Below are positions 9,768 to 20,417 of a stretch of DNA of 64,000 nucleotides, piece by piece. Both the position numbers and the translations under genes were made by a program. Each line of letters begins with the position of its first letter. Within the stretch, counting starts at the first letter, position 1. This stretch comes from Myxococcota bacterium (GTDB taxonomy: Bacteria; Myxococcota_A; Polyangia; Nannocystales; Nannocystaceae): contig JBCCWC010000007.1 of NCBI GenBank assembly GCA_039194325.1, positions 32,001 to 96,000 on the forward strand, given 5' to 3'. Under the pieces are notes generated by a model. It did no database searches. It worked only from the letters and a program-made list of their open reading frames with translations, and was not told the DNA's origin.

Positions 9768-11783
9768 ATGCGTCTTCTCCCGGCAGTGTCCTGGTGGGTG
9801 CTCGGTCTCGCGGCATGCCCATCGGACGACTATCCCAGCGCGACCACGACGGATGCGTTGGGCGGCTCGACGAACGAAGGCTCAGGCGGCGCGATGGAGG
9901 GCACCTCGGGCGACCCGACCGTCGGCGAGACCACCGAGACCGGTAACGCCACGTGTAGCGACGGCGAGCAGAACGGCGACGAGACCGATATCGACTGCGG
10001 CGGTGCGACATGTGAGCCCTGCTCCGATGACAAGATGTGCCTCGAAGCCGACGACTGTGCCAGCAACGTTTGTGCCGATGGTTCTTGTGCCGAAGCGACC
10101 TGTAGCGACGGCATCACCAACGGCGACGAGGCCGACGTGGACTGTGGCGGACCCGCGTGCCCGAGCTGCGACACGAATGCCGCATGCAACGACGCGTCCG
10201 ATTGCACCAGCGGGGTCTGTGACGACAGTCGCTGCGCGGCCGCGGCGTGTGGCGACGGCGTCGCCAACGGCGATGAGACCGATGTCGATTGCGGCGGCGC
10301 CTGCGATGGATGTCCCGATGGCATGGCCTGCACCGAGGGCGACGACTGCACCAGCCTCGTCTGTCATGGGAAAACCTGCGTATTGCCCACGTGCGGCGAC
10401 AACGTCCACAACGGCGACGAGACCGACGTCGATTGTGGCGGCTCGTGTGGTGGATGTCCCGATGGCATGGTCTGCGACGCGGGCGACGACTGCATCAGCC
10501 TCGTCTGTCATATGGATGCCTGCGTGATGCCCACATGCAGCGACGGCGTCCGCAACGGCGACGAGACCGACGTGGACTGTGGGGGTCCCACGTGCACGGG
10601 CTGCGGCACGAATGCCGGCTGCAACGAAGCCTCCGACTGCATCGACGGGGTCTGCCAAGTCGGGGACGGGGTCGAGGACGGGGGCGGGGCCTGTGCCGCG
10701 CCGGCGTGTGGCGACGGCGTCACCAACGGCGACGAGGACTGCGACGAGGGCGGCACGGAGACCGCCGGGTGCAACACCAACTGCTCCGCCCACTCGTGCG
10801 GCGACGGGATGGTCAACGTGACGGCCGGCGAAGAGTGCGATGACGGTAACCTCGACGAGCTCGACGAGTGCACGACCAACTGCCTGGCCACCACGTGCGA
10901 TGACCTGGTGAAGAACGCCGACGAGCTCGACGTGGACTGCGGCGGACGCTGCGGGGCCGGCTCGTGCAAGGCGGGCCAGGACTGCGCGGCCGATTCCGAC
11001 TGCGCCTCGATGGTCTGTAACCCGGCCAGCAACACCTGCTTCGACTCGAGCAGCTGCGTGAGTCTGCTGGACTCGGGCATCGTGACCGATGGCGTCTACG
11101 ACATCGATCCCGATGGCGCCGGCCCCGAGGCACCGTTCAGCGTGTACTGCGACATGACCAGCAGCGGCGGGGGGTGGACCCTCATCGCCCGATTCTCCAA
11201 CGCAGACCCGACAAACTGGATGCTCCCGTCGGGTGAGCTGTGGTACGACAGCCTGTCCCCGATGGGCACCCCCGACGATCCCACGATCAACGAGGATGCG
11301 CAGAGCCCCGCGTTCTGGACGGTCGGCGCCCAAGAGCTACGCCTGACCCGCTCGGACGAAGCCGGCGATCCGACGCTGTTCCGAACCAACGCGAACTGTC
11401 TGGGCGGGTCGGACTTCCGCACCGTCATCACTTCGTATGGCGACTTCAGCAACGGCGTGGTCTGGGCGGCCAATGCGGTCGCCGACACCTGCCCGGGCGT
11501 ACTCGAGGGCAACCACGCCACGACCAACGGGTTCGCGCAAGCGACCTGCGCCGGCAACATCGGCGCGCCTAGCTCGGTCAGCTTCTGGACGGACTGGGCC
11601 GCCGGAGACGGCGCGGTCATGATGCTCGGCGGTGGCGGCGACACGTGTAACCGAGCGGACCACGGGATCGGCGTGACCGAAGCCAACGATGCCCACTTCA
11701 CCGCGGATCTGGGCCACGACGACTTTGGCAACAACGGCCAGAACTACACCGATCCCTATGCCCTCAACCTGTGGGTGCGCTAG
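9768..11783 (+). CDS. Cys-rich repeat lipoprotein with C-terminal fibrinogen/intelectin-like domain
   Basis: LAAC lipobox; many CxDGxxNGDETDVDCGG repeats; GVYDIDP...YCDMTSSGGGWTLIA motif. Confidence 0.85.
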   Translation: MRLLPAVSWWVLGLAACPSDDYPSATTTDALGGSTNEGSGGAMEGTSGDPTVGETTETGNATCSDGEQNGDETDIDCGGATCEPCSDDKMCLEADDCASNVCADGSCAEATCSDGITNGDEADVDCGGPACPSCDTNAACNDASDCTSGVCDDSRCAAAACGDGVANGDETDVDCGGACDGCPDGMACTEGDDCTSLVCHGKTCVLPTCGDNVHNGDETDVDCGGSCGGCPDGMVCDAGDDCISLVCHMDACVMPTCSDGVRNGDETDVDCGGPTCTGCGTNAGCNEASDCIDGVCQVGDGVEDGGGACAAPACGDGVTNGDEDCDEGGTETAGCNTNCSAHSCGDGMVNVTAGEECDDGNLDELDECTTNCLATTCDDLVKNADELDVDCGGRCGAGSCKAGQDCAADSDCASMVCNPASNTCFDSSSCVSLLDSGIVTDGVYDIDPDGAGPEAPFSVYCDMTSSGGGWTLIARFSNADPTNWMLPSGELWYDSLSPMGTPDDPTINEDAQSPAFWTVGAQELRLTRSDEAGDPTLFRTNANCLGGSDFRTVITSYGDFSNGVVWAANAVADTCPGVLEGNHATTNGFAQATCAGNIGAPSSVSFWTDWAAGDGAVMMLGGGGDTCNRADHGIGVTEANDAHFTADLGHDDFGNNGQNYTDPYALNLWVR

Positions 11784-11806
11784 CCGCCCTGGTATGCTCG
11801 GGGGCG

Positions 11807-12907
11807 ATGCCCCCGGCCGAGCCCCTGGATCCGCGCGAGCCCACGGTCGTCGCCGGCCGCTGGTGGCATACGATCGACGATGGGCGCGTGCAGTGCGACC
11901 TGTGCCCCCGTGAGTGCAAGCTCCGGCCGGGGCAGGCGGGATTCTGCTTCGTTCGGGAGAATCGCCACGGCCGCATGGCCCTGTCGTCGTATGGGCGCGC
12001 CTCGGGCTTTTGTGTAGATCCGATCGAGAAAAAACCCCTCAACCATTTCATGCCCGGCAGCAGCGTGCTCTCGTTCGGCACGGCGGGCTGCAACCTCGGC
12101 TGCCGCTTTTGTCAAAACTGGGACATCTCGAAGGCCCGCGAGGCCGACCGGCTCACCGATCGCGCCATGCCCGAGCGGATCGCCGACGCGGCCATCGGCG
12201 CCGGGGCCCGCAGCGTGGCGTTCACCTACAACGACCCGGTGATCTTCGCCGAGTATGCGATCGACACGGCCGCGGCCTGCCACGCGCGCGGCCTGAAGAC
12301 AGTGGCCGTGACCGCAGGCTACATCGGCGAAGCCGCCCGGGCCGATTTCTTCGGCTGCCTGGACGCTGCCAACATCGACCTCAAGGCGTTTACGGAGCGC
12401 TTCTACCACAAGCTGTGCTTCGCCCACCTGGGGCCGGTGCTCGAGACGCTCCGCTGGGTCCGCCACAACACCGAGGTTTGGATCGAGGTCACCACGCTCA
12501 TCATCCCGGGACACAACGACAGCCCCGAGGAGATCGATCGGCTGTGCGACTTCATGGTCCACGAGCTAGGACCCGAGGTCCCGCTGCACTTCTCGGCGTT
12601 CCACCCCGACTTCAAGATGACCGACATTCCCCGCACGCCCGCCAGCACGCTCGAGCGAGCCCGCGAGCAGGCGCTGGGACACGGCCTCCACCATGTCTAC
12701 ACGGGCAACGTGTACGACCAAGCGGGGCAATCGACGTACTGCCCCGAGTGCGGCACTACGGTCGTCGAGCGCGAGTGGTTCCAGCTGGGTACGTACGGGC
12801 TCGATGACCAAGGGCGGTGCACCGCGTGCGGGCACCAGCTGCCCGGAGTGTTCGACGGCCCCGCCGGCGACTGGGGCCGACAACGCATGCGCGTGCTCAT
12901 CGACTGA
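11807..12907 (+). CDS. amrS: AmmeMemoRadiSam system radical SAM enzyme
   Basis: CDLCPRxC, DPIEKKPLxHF, CNLGCRFCQNWDIS, AFTYNDP, FHPDFKM, YTGNV, TYCPEC. Confidence 0.92.
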   Translation: MPPAEPLDPREPTVVAGRWWHTIDDGRVQCDLCPRECKLRPGQAGFCFVRENRHGRMALSSYGRASGFCVDPIEKKPLNHFMPGSSVLSFGTAGCNLGCRFCQNWDISKAREADRLTDRAMPERIADAAIGAGARSVAFTYNDPVIFAEYAIDTAAACHARGLKTVAVTAGYIGEAARADFFGCLDAANIDLKAFTERFYHKLCFAHLGPVLETLRWVRHNTEVWIEVTTLIIPGHNDSPEEIDRLCDFMVHELGPEVPLHFSAFHPDFKMTDIPRTPASTLERAREQALGHGLHHVYTGNVYDQAGQSTYCPECGTTVVEREWFQLGTYGLDDQGRCTACGHQLPGVFDGPAGDWGRQRMRVLID

Positions 12908-12925
12908 GGACCACAGGCCCGCCGC

Positions 12926-13558
12926 TCAGACGCACGCATCCGCGTAGGACTGGCAGTCTCCGCCCGGCTGCTCGTCGAATATGTTGGCGAGGATGCAGTC
13001 CAGACACTGAGTCGGCGGAACAACGCCGCTCGACCCGGATCCGCCCGAGCCCGAACCGGTGCCCGAACCCGTGCTCGGCTCACCCACCGTGCCGGTAGGC
13101 TCGAGCACCTCGCACACCCCTAGCTCGATGCACTTGGTGCTCACGCACTCGGTGAGCTCGAACAGGTGCAATGACTCTTCGACGGTCAGACTCTCCTCGC
13201 ACTCGAGAATACAGGTGAGATCGGGCTCCGCTGCGTTCGTCGCCTCGAACTCGGCGACACACCCAACGACACAATAGAGCGCATCACGACAGGTAATGCC
13301 CGGGTCGCTCCCGCCCCCGGCAGTGGACGACGCTCCCGCGCTGGTCATAGAGTCCCCAAGCGAGCCACCGCTGGTGACAGAGACCCCAGGCAGACCGACG
13401 CTGGTGGCCGAATCGGCCGGCCCGCCGGAGCCCGTGGCCGTGGCGCCGCCCTTGCCCCCCTCGGGATCATTCTCCCCAGCGGACTTGGGCGGCAGAGCAC
13501 ACGCGCCGAGCAAGAAGGCCATCGCCCCCATGCTCATGATCATTCGAGAAGAAGTCAT
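12926..13558 (-). CDS. Hypothetical Cys-rich lipoprotein
   Basis: LLGAC lipobox, S/G/T linker, CxxxxxCxxxC domain. Confidence 0.7.
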   Translation of the reverse strand: MTSSRMIMSMGAMAFLLGACALPPKSAGENDPEGGKGGATATGSGGPADSATSVGLPGVSVTSGGSLGDSMTSAGASSTAGGGSDPGITCRDALYCVVGCVAEFEATNAAEPDLTCILECEESLTVEESLHLFELTECVSTKCIELGVCEVLEPTGTVGEPSTGSGTGSGSGGSGSSGVVPPTQCLDCILANIFDEQPGGDCQSYADACV

Positions 13559-13602
13559 GCCGGGGTCATGGCCACCCAAGAGCGATCTGGTGTCTCCGAT
13601 CG

Positions 13603-14889
13603 TCAAGGACATCGCGCCCGCTGGGCCACGGGGGAGCCGCGGTAGGTGCGACGCAGCGCCTCGGCCTCCTCCCGCGCCTCCACCCTCTGGCCCTGGGCAC
13701 ACAGAGCCTCAACCCGCACGAGGGCGAGCTCGCGGTGCAGCGCGCCAGCGGGATGGGCCTCGATGGCCGCGTCGACGATCGCAAGGGCCCCGATCGCATC
13801 ACCGCCGCGTAAGGCCGCTCGCGCACGACCTAGAGCCTGGCTGTGCGCGAGCAGAGGATCGACGCCACGCGGCGAGCGAGCACGCTCGACCCGAGCCGCC
13901 TCCTTCGACCGGGCCAGCGACAATGCCGGCAACGATGCCGACGGCTCTACGACGTCCGGACCCGAAGCCAGTGAACGAGACAACGGCGACGCTCGGGGAG
14001 CCGTCGTCACCACGGCGGTCGGCGAAGGCTCCATCGCGACCGAAACGGAGATCTCGGCCCCAACCGCCGCGACCTCCCGATCCTCGCGCGCCACCGGCTC
14101 ACCGACAGGCTCGCGGGCGCTCGCGCTCGCCGAAGACGGCTGCGCCCACGCCCCACCAACCTTGACCAGCCCGAGACCCGCGGCCGCGATCGTCACGGAG
14201 ACGACCACCGCCTTGACATTCGCAAGACCCGCCCCTGCGCCACCCCCCAGCGGAGCGACCACGGAGCCCCCTTCGCCCAGGCGCACCAGCAACGCCGCCA
14301 ACACCCGCTGCCGGGCCCCGGGATCGGGCCGAGGCCGGCGACGCGCCGCGACCAATAGCTGTGGGGGAGGACAGCGCAGCTGCCGAGCATAGCCGTCGAA
14401 GGCTAGCCGAGCCGCCCGCAGCCGCGCCGCGGCGGTGTTGCGGTTAAGCCCGAGCACCCGCGCCGCTTCACTCCCGCTCAGCTGCTCGAGCTCGACCATC
14501 ACGAAGATCTCCCGCTTGGCCTCGTCGAGGGAGGCTAAGAACGCCTCCAGCAGCCGCATGCCGTCATGGTGCAGCAGGGTGTCGTCGGGCTCGCTGACGC
14601 GAGCGACCACGGGCCTGAGCCCATCCACCCGTCGACGATGACGCCGATGACGACGCCGATGATCGGCGGCCACCCGCCGACAGATCCCCAGCAACCAAGT
14701 GCGTATGCTCGACTCACCGGTGAAGGCTTCGCGACGACGATGCGCCACCAAGAAGACGTCGTGCACCGCATCCTCGAGATCCGCCCGCTCGACCCCCAGA
14801 CGCAACAACACCCCCCACACCCCACCGAAATGGCGGCGGTAGGCTTGGGCGAGGTCGTACGCGGGTCGAGAGCGAACCGGACCGTCCAC
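13603..14889 (-). CDS. ECF RNA polymerase sigma factor with long C-terminal (anti-sigma/TPR-like) extension
   Basis: LEDAVHDVFL, TWLLGICRR, region-4 HTH (EAARVLGLNRNTAAARL), then a TM segment, low-complexity linker and helical end. Confidence 0.85.
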   Translation of the reverse strand: MDGPVRSRPAYDLAQAYRRHFGGVWGVLLRLGVERADLEDAVHDVFLVAHRRREAFTGESSIRTWLLGICRRVAADHRRRHRRHRRRVDGLRPVVARVSEPDDTLLHHDGMRLLEAFLASLDEAKREIFVMVELEQLSGSEAARVLGLNRNTAAARLRAARLAFDGYARQLRCPPPQLLVAARRRPRPDPGARQRVLAALLVRLGEGGSVVAPLGGGAGAGLANVKAVVVSVTIAAAGLGLVKVGGAWAQPSSASASAREPVGEPVAREDREVAAVGAEISVSVAMEPSPTAVVTTAPRASPLSRSLASGPDVVEPSASLPALSLARSKEAARVERARSPRGVDPLLAHSQALGRARAALRGGDAIGALAIVDAAIEAHPAGALHRELALVRVEALCAQGQRVEAREEAEALRRTYRGSPVAQRARCP

Positions 14890-14966
14890 GGCATCCTGCT
14901 TATGGCCACCTGGGCCCCAAGTGGTGACGGCGCATCGTCATGGAGGACCCAGAAGGCTCAATTCCA

Positions 14967-15968
14967 TCACGAACGGCCTCCCAGCGCCATTGCCATGCCC
15001 AAAGACGCGCGAACTCCGCCAGATCCGGCACGTAGCGGACCCACCCCGCCGACGGTGAACTGGGGCAAGAGCACGCCCATGACCCCGTCGACCCCGACCC
15101 ACAAGCCCCAACGAGCACGAGGACGCCACAAAAGGTGCACCGAGCCCAACCCCGCAAGCCATGGGCTGACGACGGTTCGCGGCGTGGTGATCCCGCGGCC
15201 GCGAGCGACGACTGGACCCAGCTCAGCTCCGATCGACAAGGGCAGCTCGACTCGTGCGGACAAGGGCATCACCACCCCAGCACGCAGCCGACCGGCGACC
15301 ATCCACTGACGCAAGACGACCCCTGCGGAGACCGGACGATCGCGAGGGACCAGGAACAACGCACCCAAGGCCAGGCGCACAGCCCCCCGCTGCCACGACA
15401 GCGCGAGATCGGGACCGAGATCGAGATCGTGCAGGGTCGCTCGCCCCGCCAAGACCCCCACGTGCCACCCCCAACGATCGACCGCGCGCGGAGCCGGAGA
15501 CCCAGACGACGATGACGATGACACAGACGGCGAGCTCGCGCCCGCGGGGCTCGGTCCAGAGGACGCCGCCGGAAGGGACTCCCGAAGATCCGGCTGGGGG
15601 CTCGGCTCAGGCAACGCAGGCGACGCTCGCGAGGCCTGCGTGCTCACAACCACCGGGTCGACGAAGGTGGCCACGACCAACGCCACGGCATCGGCCAGGG
15701 TGCGGCAATCGTCGGAGACCATACGCCGGGCGCTCGAGCGCGGCCCGGTGCGCAGATCGAGCGACAAGACCCACCCGTCGGCCGACGACTGCACGCGGGC
15801 GTCGGCCACCACGTCGGGGTGCAGGGCGTCGGGGCCGACCAGCTCTCCCAGCCGCGCCCGAACGGCGGCCTCGGACGGACAACCAGCCGGAGCGGTCCAG
15901 CGGACCTCGGCCGCAAGGATGAGCCAAGCGCCGAGCGATGGGGTCATCAGACCGAGCATGCCCACCAT
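14967..15968 (-). CDS. Hypothetical exported protein (ECF-associated, possible beta-barrel C-terminus)
   Basis: WTAPAGCP...CRTLADAVALVVA N-domain, Pro/Ser linker, amphipathic beta strands. Confidence 0.65.
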   Translation of the reverse strand: MVGMLGLMTPSLGAWLILAAEVRWTAPAGCPSEAAVRARLGELVGPDALHPDVVADARVQSSADGWVLSLDLRTGPRSSARRMVSDDCRTLADAVALVVATFVDPVVVSTQASRASPALPEPSPQPDLRESLPAASSGPSPAGASSPSVSSSSSSGSPAPRAVDRWGWHVGVLAGRATLHDLDLGPDLALSWQRGAVRLALGALFLVPRDRPVSAGVVLRQWMVAGRLRAGVVMPLSARVELPLSIGAELGPVVARGRGITTPRTVVSPWLAGLGSVHLLWRPRARWGLWVGVDGVMGVLLPQFTVGGVGPLRAGSGGVRASLGMAMALGGRS

Positions 15969-16018
15969 CGCCGCACGGAGGATCGCCGCCTATCCGAATC
16001 GAGGCGATCCGACGAGCG

Positions 16019-17458
16019 CTACGACCTCCGCTGGCCCCGCCGCAAACGCAGCCCCAAGAGCATCAGGAGCACCAGCGTACCAACCGGCACCCGCGAGGGC
16101 TCGGCCCGGCACCCGCAGCCGCCGCCACCGCCGCCGTCGTCGGCGACATTCGGGCCGCCACTGCTGGAAGACTCGCCACCGTCGGGGGGCATGACCCCGG
16201 TGGTCCCCTCGCCGGTCCCAGGCTCACCGGTTCCGCTGGAATCGAGGGGGGGCGGATCGTCGGGTACCTCGGCGTTGATCCCGATCGTCACCGGCTCGGA
16301 CATCGCCTCGTTTCCGGCCCAGTCCCGAGCATGGGCGACGATCTCGTAGACACCGTCGGGAAAGGGCACATCGGCGAAGGCGTAGGGAGCGTAGCCATCG
16401 CTCACGGGCTGCTCCATGCCGTCGATCGACACCCACACCTCGGCGACACCGTACCCCTCGTCGACGGCGTCGATCTCGATGGTGACCAGGGCGCCGGTCT
16501 CGAGCTCGTCGCCGTCGGCGGGGGCGATGATGGAGACGATCGGAGGATCGGCGTCGGGCACCGCGTCGAAGGGCTCGCCGCAGGTCGACGCGGGGCCGGA
16601 GCGGGGCGTGCCCTCGCACCAGTCGCTCCAGGTGCCGTAGCCCTCGGAGCCGCCGGCAAAGAAACCGTCACAGTTCGGCGTGGGGTTCCAGGTGCCGTCC
16701 AGATCGTGGCACGGGGTGATGTCGATCTGGGCTTGCTCCTCGATCCACGGGATCGCGGGGTGCATGAGCGCGTGGACGCCACCGGTGCCGGTGCAGCCGG
16801 GGAGCCCGGTGGAGGTCATCGACAGCGACCGCCAGGAGCCATCGTCCATGAGCACGAAGGCCGAGCTCCCCGAGTCGCCCTGGCAGGTCGACAGGCCCAT
16901 GCCCCCGATGTTGGCGGTGTTGCCGAGGGTGCTGACGACCTGGGTCTGGCCCCAGCGCTTGACCCCCGACGGACCGTCGGCCCCTCCGTCGCCAAAACCG
17001 GCGATGACCACCGGCAGGCCGGCCTCGAGCATCTCGAGCTCACAGCCAAAGAGCGGCGGGGTGAAGGGCAGCTCGGTGATCGGCTCATCCAGCACGCAAA
17101 ACGCCCAATCGTGGGCCTGATCGGAGGTGCCGGCGTAGTCGGGATAAGCCCGGCAAAACTCCACCTGGCGAGTGATCCCCATACTGGCGTCTTCGCTGAA
17201 GCGGATCTGCTTGCCCGTGTCGCCGCAGTGGGCCGCGTAGACCACAACCTGCGGGTGCACGAGCGAGCCAGAGCACAAGCCCCCGCCTCCGGTCACGGCG
17301 ACGGTGTTGGGCCAGCCGCAGACCTCGACCTCCTGGCCGCCGGTCACCCGGGAGACGTCGGGCTCGACCTGCAGCTCGCCAGCGCCGGCCGCGACCGGAG
17401 CCCAGAACATCACCCACCCGAACCCGATCGCCCCCAGCGCTCGTCGTCCCGTGCTCAT
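16019..17458 (-). CDS. Secreted trypsin-like (S1) serine protease with Ig-like domain and MYXO-CTERM
   Basis: CSGSL, AAHC, CQGDSGS; Big-like domain; GGCGCRA...LLGLRLRR tail. Confidence 0.9.
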   Translation of the reverse strand: MSTGRRALGAIGFGWVMFWAPVAAGAGELQVEPDVSRVTGGQEVEVCGWPNTVAVTGGGGLCSGSLVHPQVVVYAAHCGDTGKQIRFSEDASMGITRQVEFCRAYPDYAGTSDQAHDWAFCVLDEPITELPFTPPLFGCELEMLEAGLPVVIAGFGDGGADGPSGVKRWGQTQVVSTLGNTANIGGMGLSTCQGDSGSSAFVLMDDGSWRSLSMTSTGLPGCTGTGGVHALMHPAIPWIEEQAQIDITPCHDLDGTWNPTPNCDGFFAGGSEGYGTWSDWCEGTPRSGPASTCGEPFDAVPDADPPIVSIIAPADGDELETGALVTIEIDAVDEGYGVAEVWVSIDGMEQPVSDGYAPYAFADVPFPDGVYEIVAHARDWAGNEAMSEPVTIGINAEVPDDPPPLDSSGTGEPGTGEGTTGVMPPDGGESSSSGGPNVADDGGGGGGCGCRAEPSRVPVGTLVLLMLLGLRLRRGQRRS

Positions 17459-17626
17459 GGCCCACCATACCCCGTTCGTCGCGATCCCACACCCACCGCC
17501 CAAGCCGGCCCAAGCCGGCCCAAGTCAGCCCAAGCAAGCGTCGGTACCCCGGTGCGCCCCGACGCATCGGACGCCACCGGGCCCACGACCGGGCCCACGA
17601 CCGGGCCCACGACCGGCTCGGGTACG

Positions 17627-20401
17627 ATGGCAAAGGTGAGCCGCCCGCAACGCTCGTCTCCGCTGGCCGATGCCTCGCTGGCGTCGTCCCCGTCGGAAGA
17701 GGAGACGCTGCTGGGGACGGTCGCACGATCGATCCCGGTTCGCTCGCACGGTCGCGGCGATCGAGTGGGGCGCTACTTCCTGCTCGACGTGGTGGGCGAA
17801 GGCGCGATGGGTCGAGTCTATCGCGCGTACGATCCCGATCTCGACCGCCGGATCGCGATCAAGCTGCTGTTCGCGGCGCCGGCCCGAGCAACCGACGAGC
17901 CCGAGCGGCTGCTGCACGAGGCCCAGGCGATGGCGCGGATCGATCACCCCAACGTGGTGACGGTCCACGACGTGGGGGTCCACGAGGGCTCGGTCTTCAT
18001 CGCGATGGAGCTGGTCGATGGACCCGCGCTCGACCGATGGCTCGAGACCCGACCCCCGAAGCGCCGGATCCTCGACGTGATGCTGGAAGCCGCCCGCGGC
18101 ATGGCGGCGGCCCACGCGGCCGGGGTGATCCATCGCGACTTCAAGCCAGGCAACGTGCTGGTCACGTCCAATGGCCACGCCAAGGTGGGCGACTTTGGAT
18201 TGGCCGGCCTGGAGGACGCGGCCCCCACTCGAGAGGATCCGGCGACCTACAATCATGCTCTGGGGACCCCGGCCTATATGTCCCCAGAGCACGTCCGGGG
18301 CACGGGGATCGATGCCCGCAGCGACCAGTTCTCGTTCGCGATTGCGCTTTACGAGGCGCTCTACGGCGAGCGTCCGTTCAGCGCCCGATCCTGGCCAGAG
18401 CTGGCGAGCACGATCGTCTGCGGCGAGCTCGACCCGAGCGCGCACAACCGCCGCGGATCCATCAACCGCGTGATCCGGCGGGCCCTGAGCGTAGATCCGG
18501 CGCAGCGATTCGAGTCGATGGAGGCGCTCATCGCCCGGCTGGAGCGGATCCGGCACCCCCGGTGGCCGCGCTGGCTCGCGGTTGGCGGGCTAGGGCTGGC
18601 CCTGGCACTGGCGTTCCGCGGGGGCTCCTCCGATCCGCTCGCCTGCGATCCCGGCAAGCAGCTGGTCAACGCCACGTGGAACATGAAGACCCAAGCCGCG
18701 ATCCAATTGGGTGGATCAGAGTTCACGGAGGTCTTTGCCCGCGAAGCTCGGGCCCGCTTCGAGCGGGCGGTCAGCGATTATTCGGCTCGCTGGGCGGAAG
18801 CCTACGACGCGTCGTGTGCCGCGGTCGGGCCCCGGACCACCGAGGGCACCGCGGCCGAACAAGTGGTCGCCCAGTGCCTGGACAATCGCCTGGATTCGCT
18901 GCGGGGGCTGGTGGAGTTCGCCACCGCCCAGCCGCTCGACGCGGGACGACTCGACGAGCTGAGCACGCTACCCTCCATCGAGGACTGCACCACGGGCCGA
19001 TGGGTGCCCTACCCGTCCGAGCCCGACCGGGCCGCCCGAGCGGCGCGACTGCACCGATCGATCGGCCGGATCCGCATGGCCCGGCTCGCCGAGCGAGACG
19101 ATGGCACCCTCGAGCGGGGCCGAGCCACGGTGCAAGAGGCACGAGCGCTGGGCGACCCCTACTTGCTGGCCCGAGCGCTACGCGAGCAGGCCCGAGTGCT
19201 CGATCGCCAGGGCGAGCCGCAGGCCGCCATGGACATGCTCGACGAAGCCCTGCAGGTGGCGCTGGCGGCCGGGCACGACCTGCTCGCGGCCAAGGTGATC
19301 AACGCCATGCTGATGACCGCCAAGCGTCTAGGCGCCAAACCGGCCGAGATCGCTCGCCTGGGGCCCATGGCCCGAGGGCTGATCGAGCGGGCGGGAGGCG
19401 ACCACATACTGGCCGGCAACATCGCGCTCAACGAGGGCAACATCCTGCGAATGGCGGGCCGCTTCGAGGAGACGATGGCCCGAGACGAAGAGGCCGCGAT
19501 GCACTTTGCGGCGGCGGGCGACGAAGAGAGCCAGGCCAAGGCGCGTCTCAACCAGGCGGTGACCGGCCTGTCCCAAGGTCACTTCGAACAGATGGAGCGC
19601 CCCCTGCTCGAGGCGACGGCGGCGATCGAGCGAACCTCGGGTGAGTCGTCTCCGACCGCCTTCTTCGCGCGCATGCTCGTCATTCGGGTCACCCGCATCC
19701 GGGGGCAGGTTCGACGAGCGCTCTCGCTAGCGAAGGAGGTCTTCGACGAGGCCCGCGAGTTCTACGCCCCTGGCTCTCACACCCTCCGAGACTCCACGAT
19801 GCTCTACGCCGCGAGCGCGCTCGAAGCGGGAGAGCTCGACATTGCGGAGCGAATGCTGAACCTGGTCCAGACCTACCCCGGCGAGTCGGACGAGGAAAAA
19901 GCAGATGTCGCGCGCTTGCTGATGCTGATGCTCCAGGCGCAAGAACGACACGCGGAGGTCTTGGAGCGCATACCCGCGTCTCGAAACCAGGTCGCGTCGG
20001 GTAACCTGTCGCAGCGTGCCCTAGTCGAGCTGGGACGAGTCAATTCCTTGTACCTGGTCGGACGAGTCCAAGAGGTCGAGGACGCGCTCGGCGATCCCGT
20101 CATCGTCGAGTTCTTGACCGCAGGCACCAACGAGGGCTTCGTCGTCAACACTGCGCTGCTAGGGGTGCTCGCGGGTGCGACTCACCCCAAAAGGATCCCC
20201 TGGCGAGATTCCTTCGATCGCAACAAGGCCATGATCTGGTCGACCACGCGACTACTCGACGTGATCGAGGCGATCGAGACGGACACCAACGCAAGGCTGG
20301 TGGCGCTGCGCGTGAGGGCCGAGCTCATCGCCCAGTATTCCCAGAGCGACATCCACGCCCAGCTGCTCGACGCGTGGCTCGGCACGTCGGATCCCGCCTG
20401 A
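17627..20401 (+). CDS. Ser/Thr protein kinase with TM segment and TPR-like C-terminus
   Basis: GEGAMGRVY, IAIK, HRDFKPGN, DFG, GTPAYMSPE; the longer ORF from 15938 runs antisense over the protease. Confidence 0.92.
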   Translation: MAKVSRPQRSSPLADASLASSPSEEETLLGTVARSIPVRSHGRGDRVGRYFLLDVVGEGAMGRVYRAYDPDLDRRIAIKLLFAAPARATDEPERLLHEAQAMARIDHPNVVTVHDVGVHEGSVFIAMELVDGPALDRWLETRPPKRRILDVMLEAARGMAAAHAAGVIHRDFKPGNVLVTSNGHAKVGDFGLAGLEDAAPTREDPATYNHALGTPAYMSPEHVRGTGIDARSDQFSFAIALYEALYGERPFSARSWPELASTIVCGELDPSAHNRRGSINRVIRRALSVDPAQRFESMEALIARLERIRHPRWPRWLAVGGLGLALALAFRGGSSDPLACDPGKQLVNATWNMKTQAAIQLGGSEFTEVFAREARARFERAVSDYSARWAEAYDASCAAVGPRTTEGTAAEQVVAQCLDNRLDSLRGLVEFATAQPLDAGRLDELSTLPSIEDCTTGRWVPYPSEPDRAARAARLHRSIGRIRMARLAERDDGTLERGRATVQEARALGDPYLLARALREQARVLDRQGEPQAAMDMLDEALQVALAAGHDLLAAKVINAMLMTAKRLGAKPAEIARLGPMARGLIERAGGDHILAGNIALNEGNILRMAGRFEETMARDEEAAMHFAAAGDEESQAKARLNQAVTGLSQGHFEQMERPLLEATAAIERTSGESSPTAFFARMLVIRVTRIRGQVRRALSLAKEVFDEAREFYAPGSHTLRDSTMLYAASALEAGELDIAERMLNLVQTYPGESDEEKADVARLLMLMLQAQERHAEVLERIPASRNQVASGNLSQRALVELGRVNSLYLVGRVQEVEDALGDPVIVEFLTAGTNEGFVVNTALLGVLAGATHPKRIPWRDSFDRNKAMIWSTTRLLDVIEAIETDTNARLVALRVRAELIAQYSQSDIHAQLLDAWLGTSDPA

Positions 20402-20417
20402 GCGGGTCGCCCGCCCC

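Noticed and set aside
15938..17626. N-terminal ~560-aa extension of the kinase ORF
   Set aside because: It is the antisense shadow of the S1 protease gene; the kinase plausibly starts at 17627
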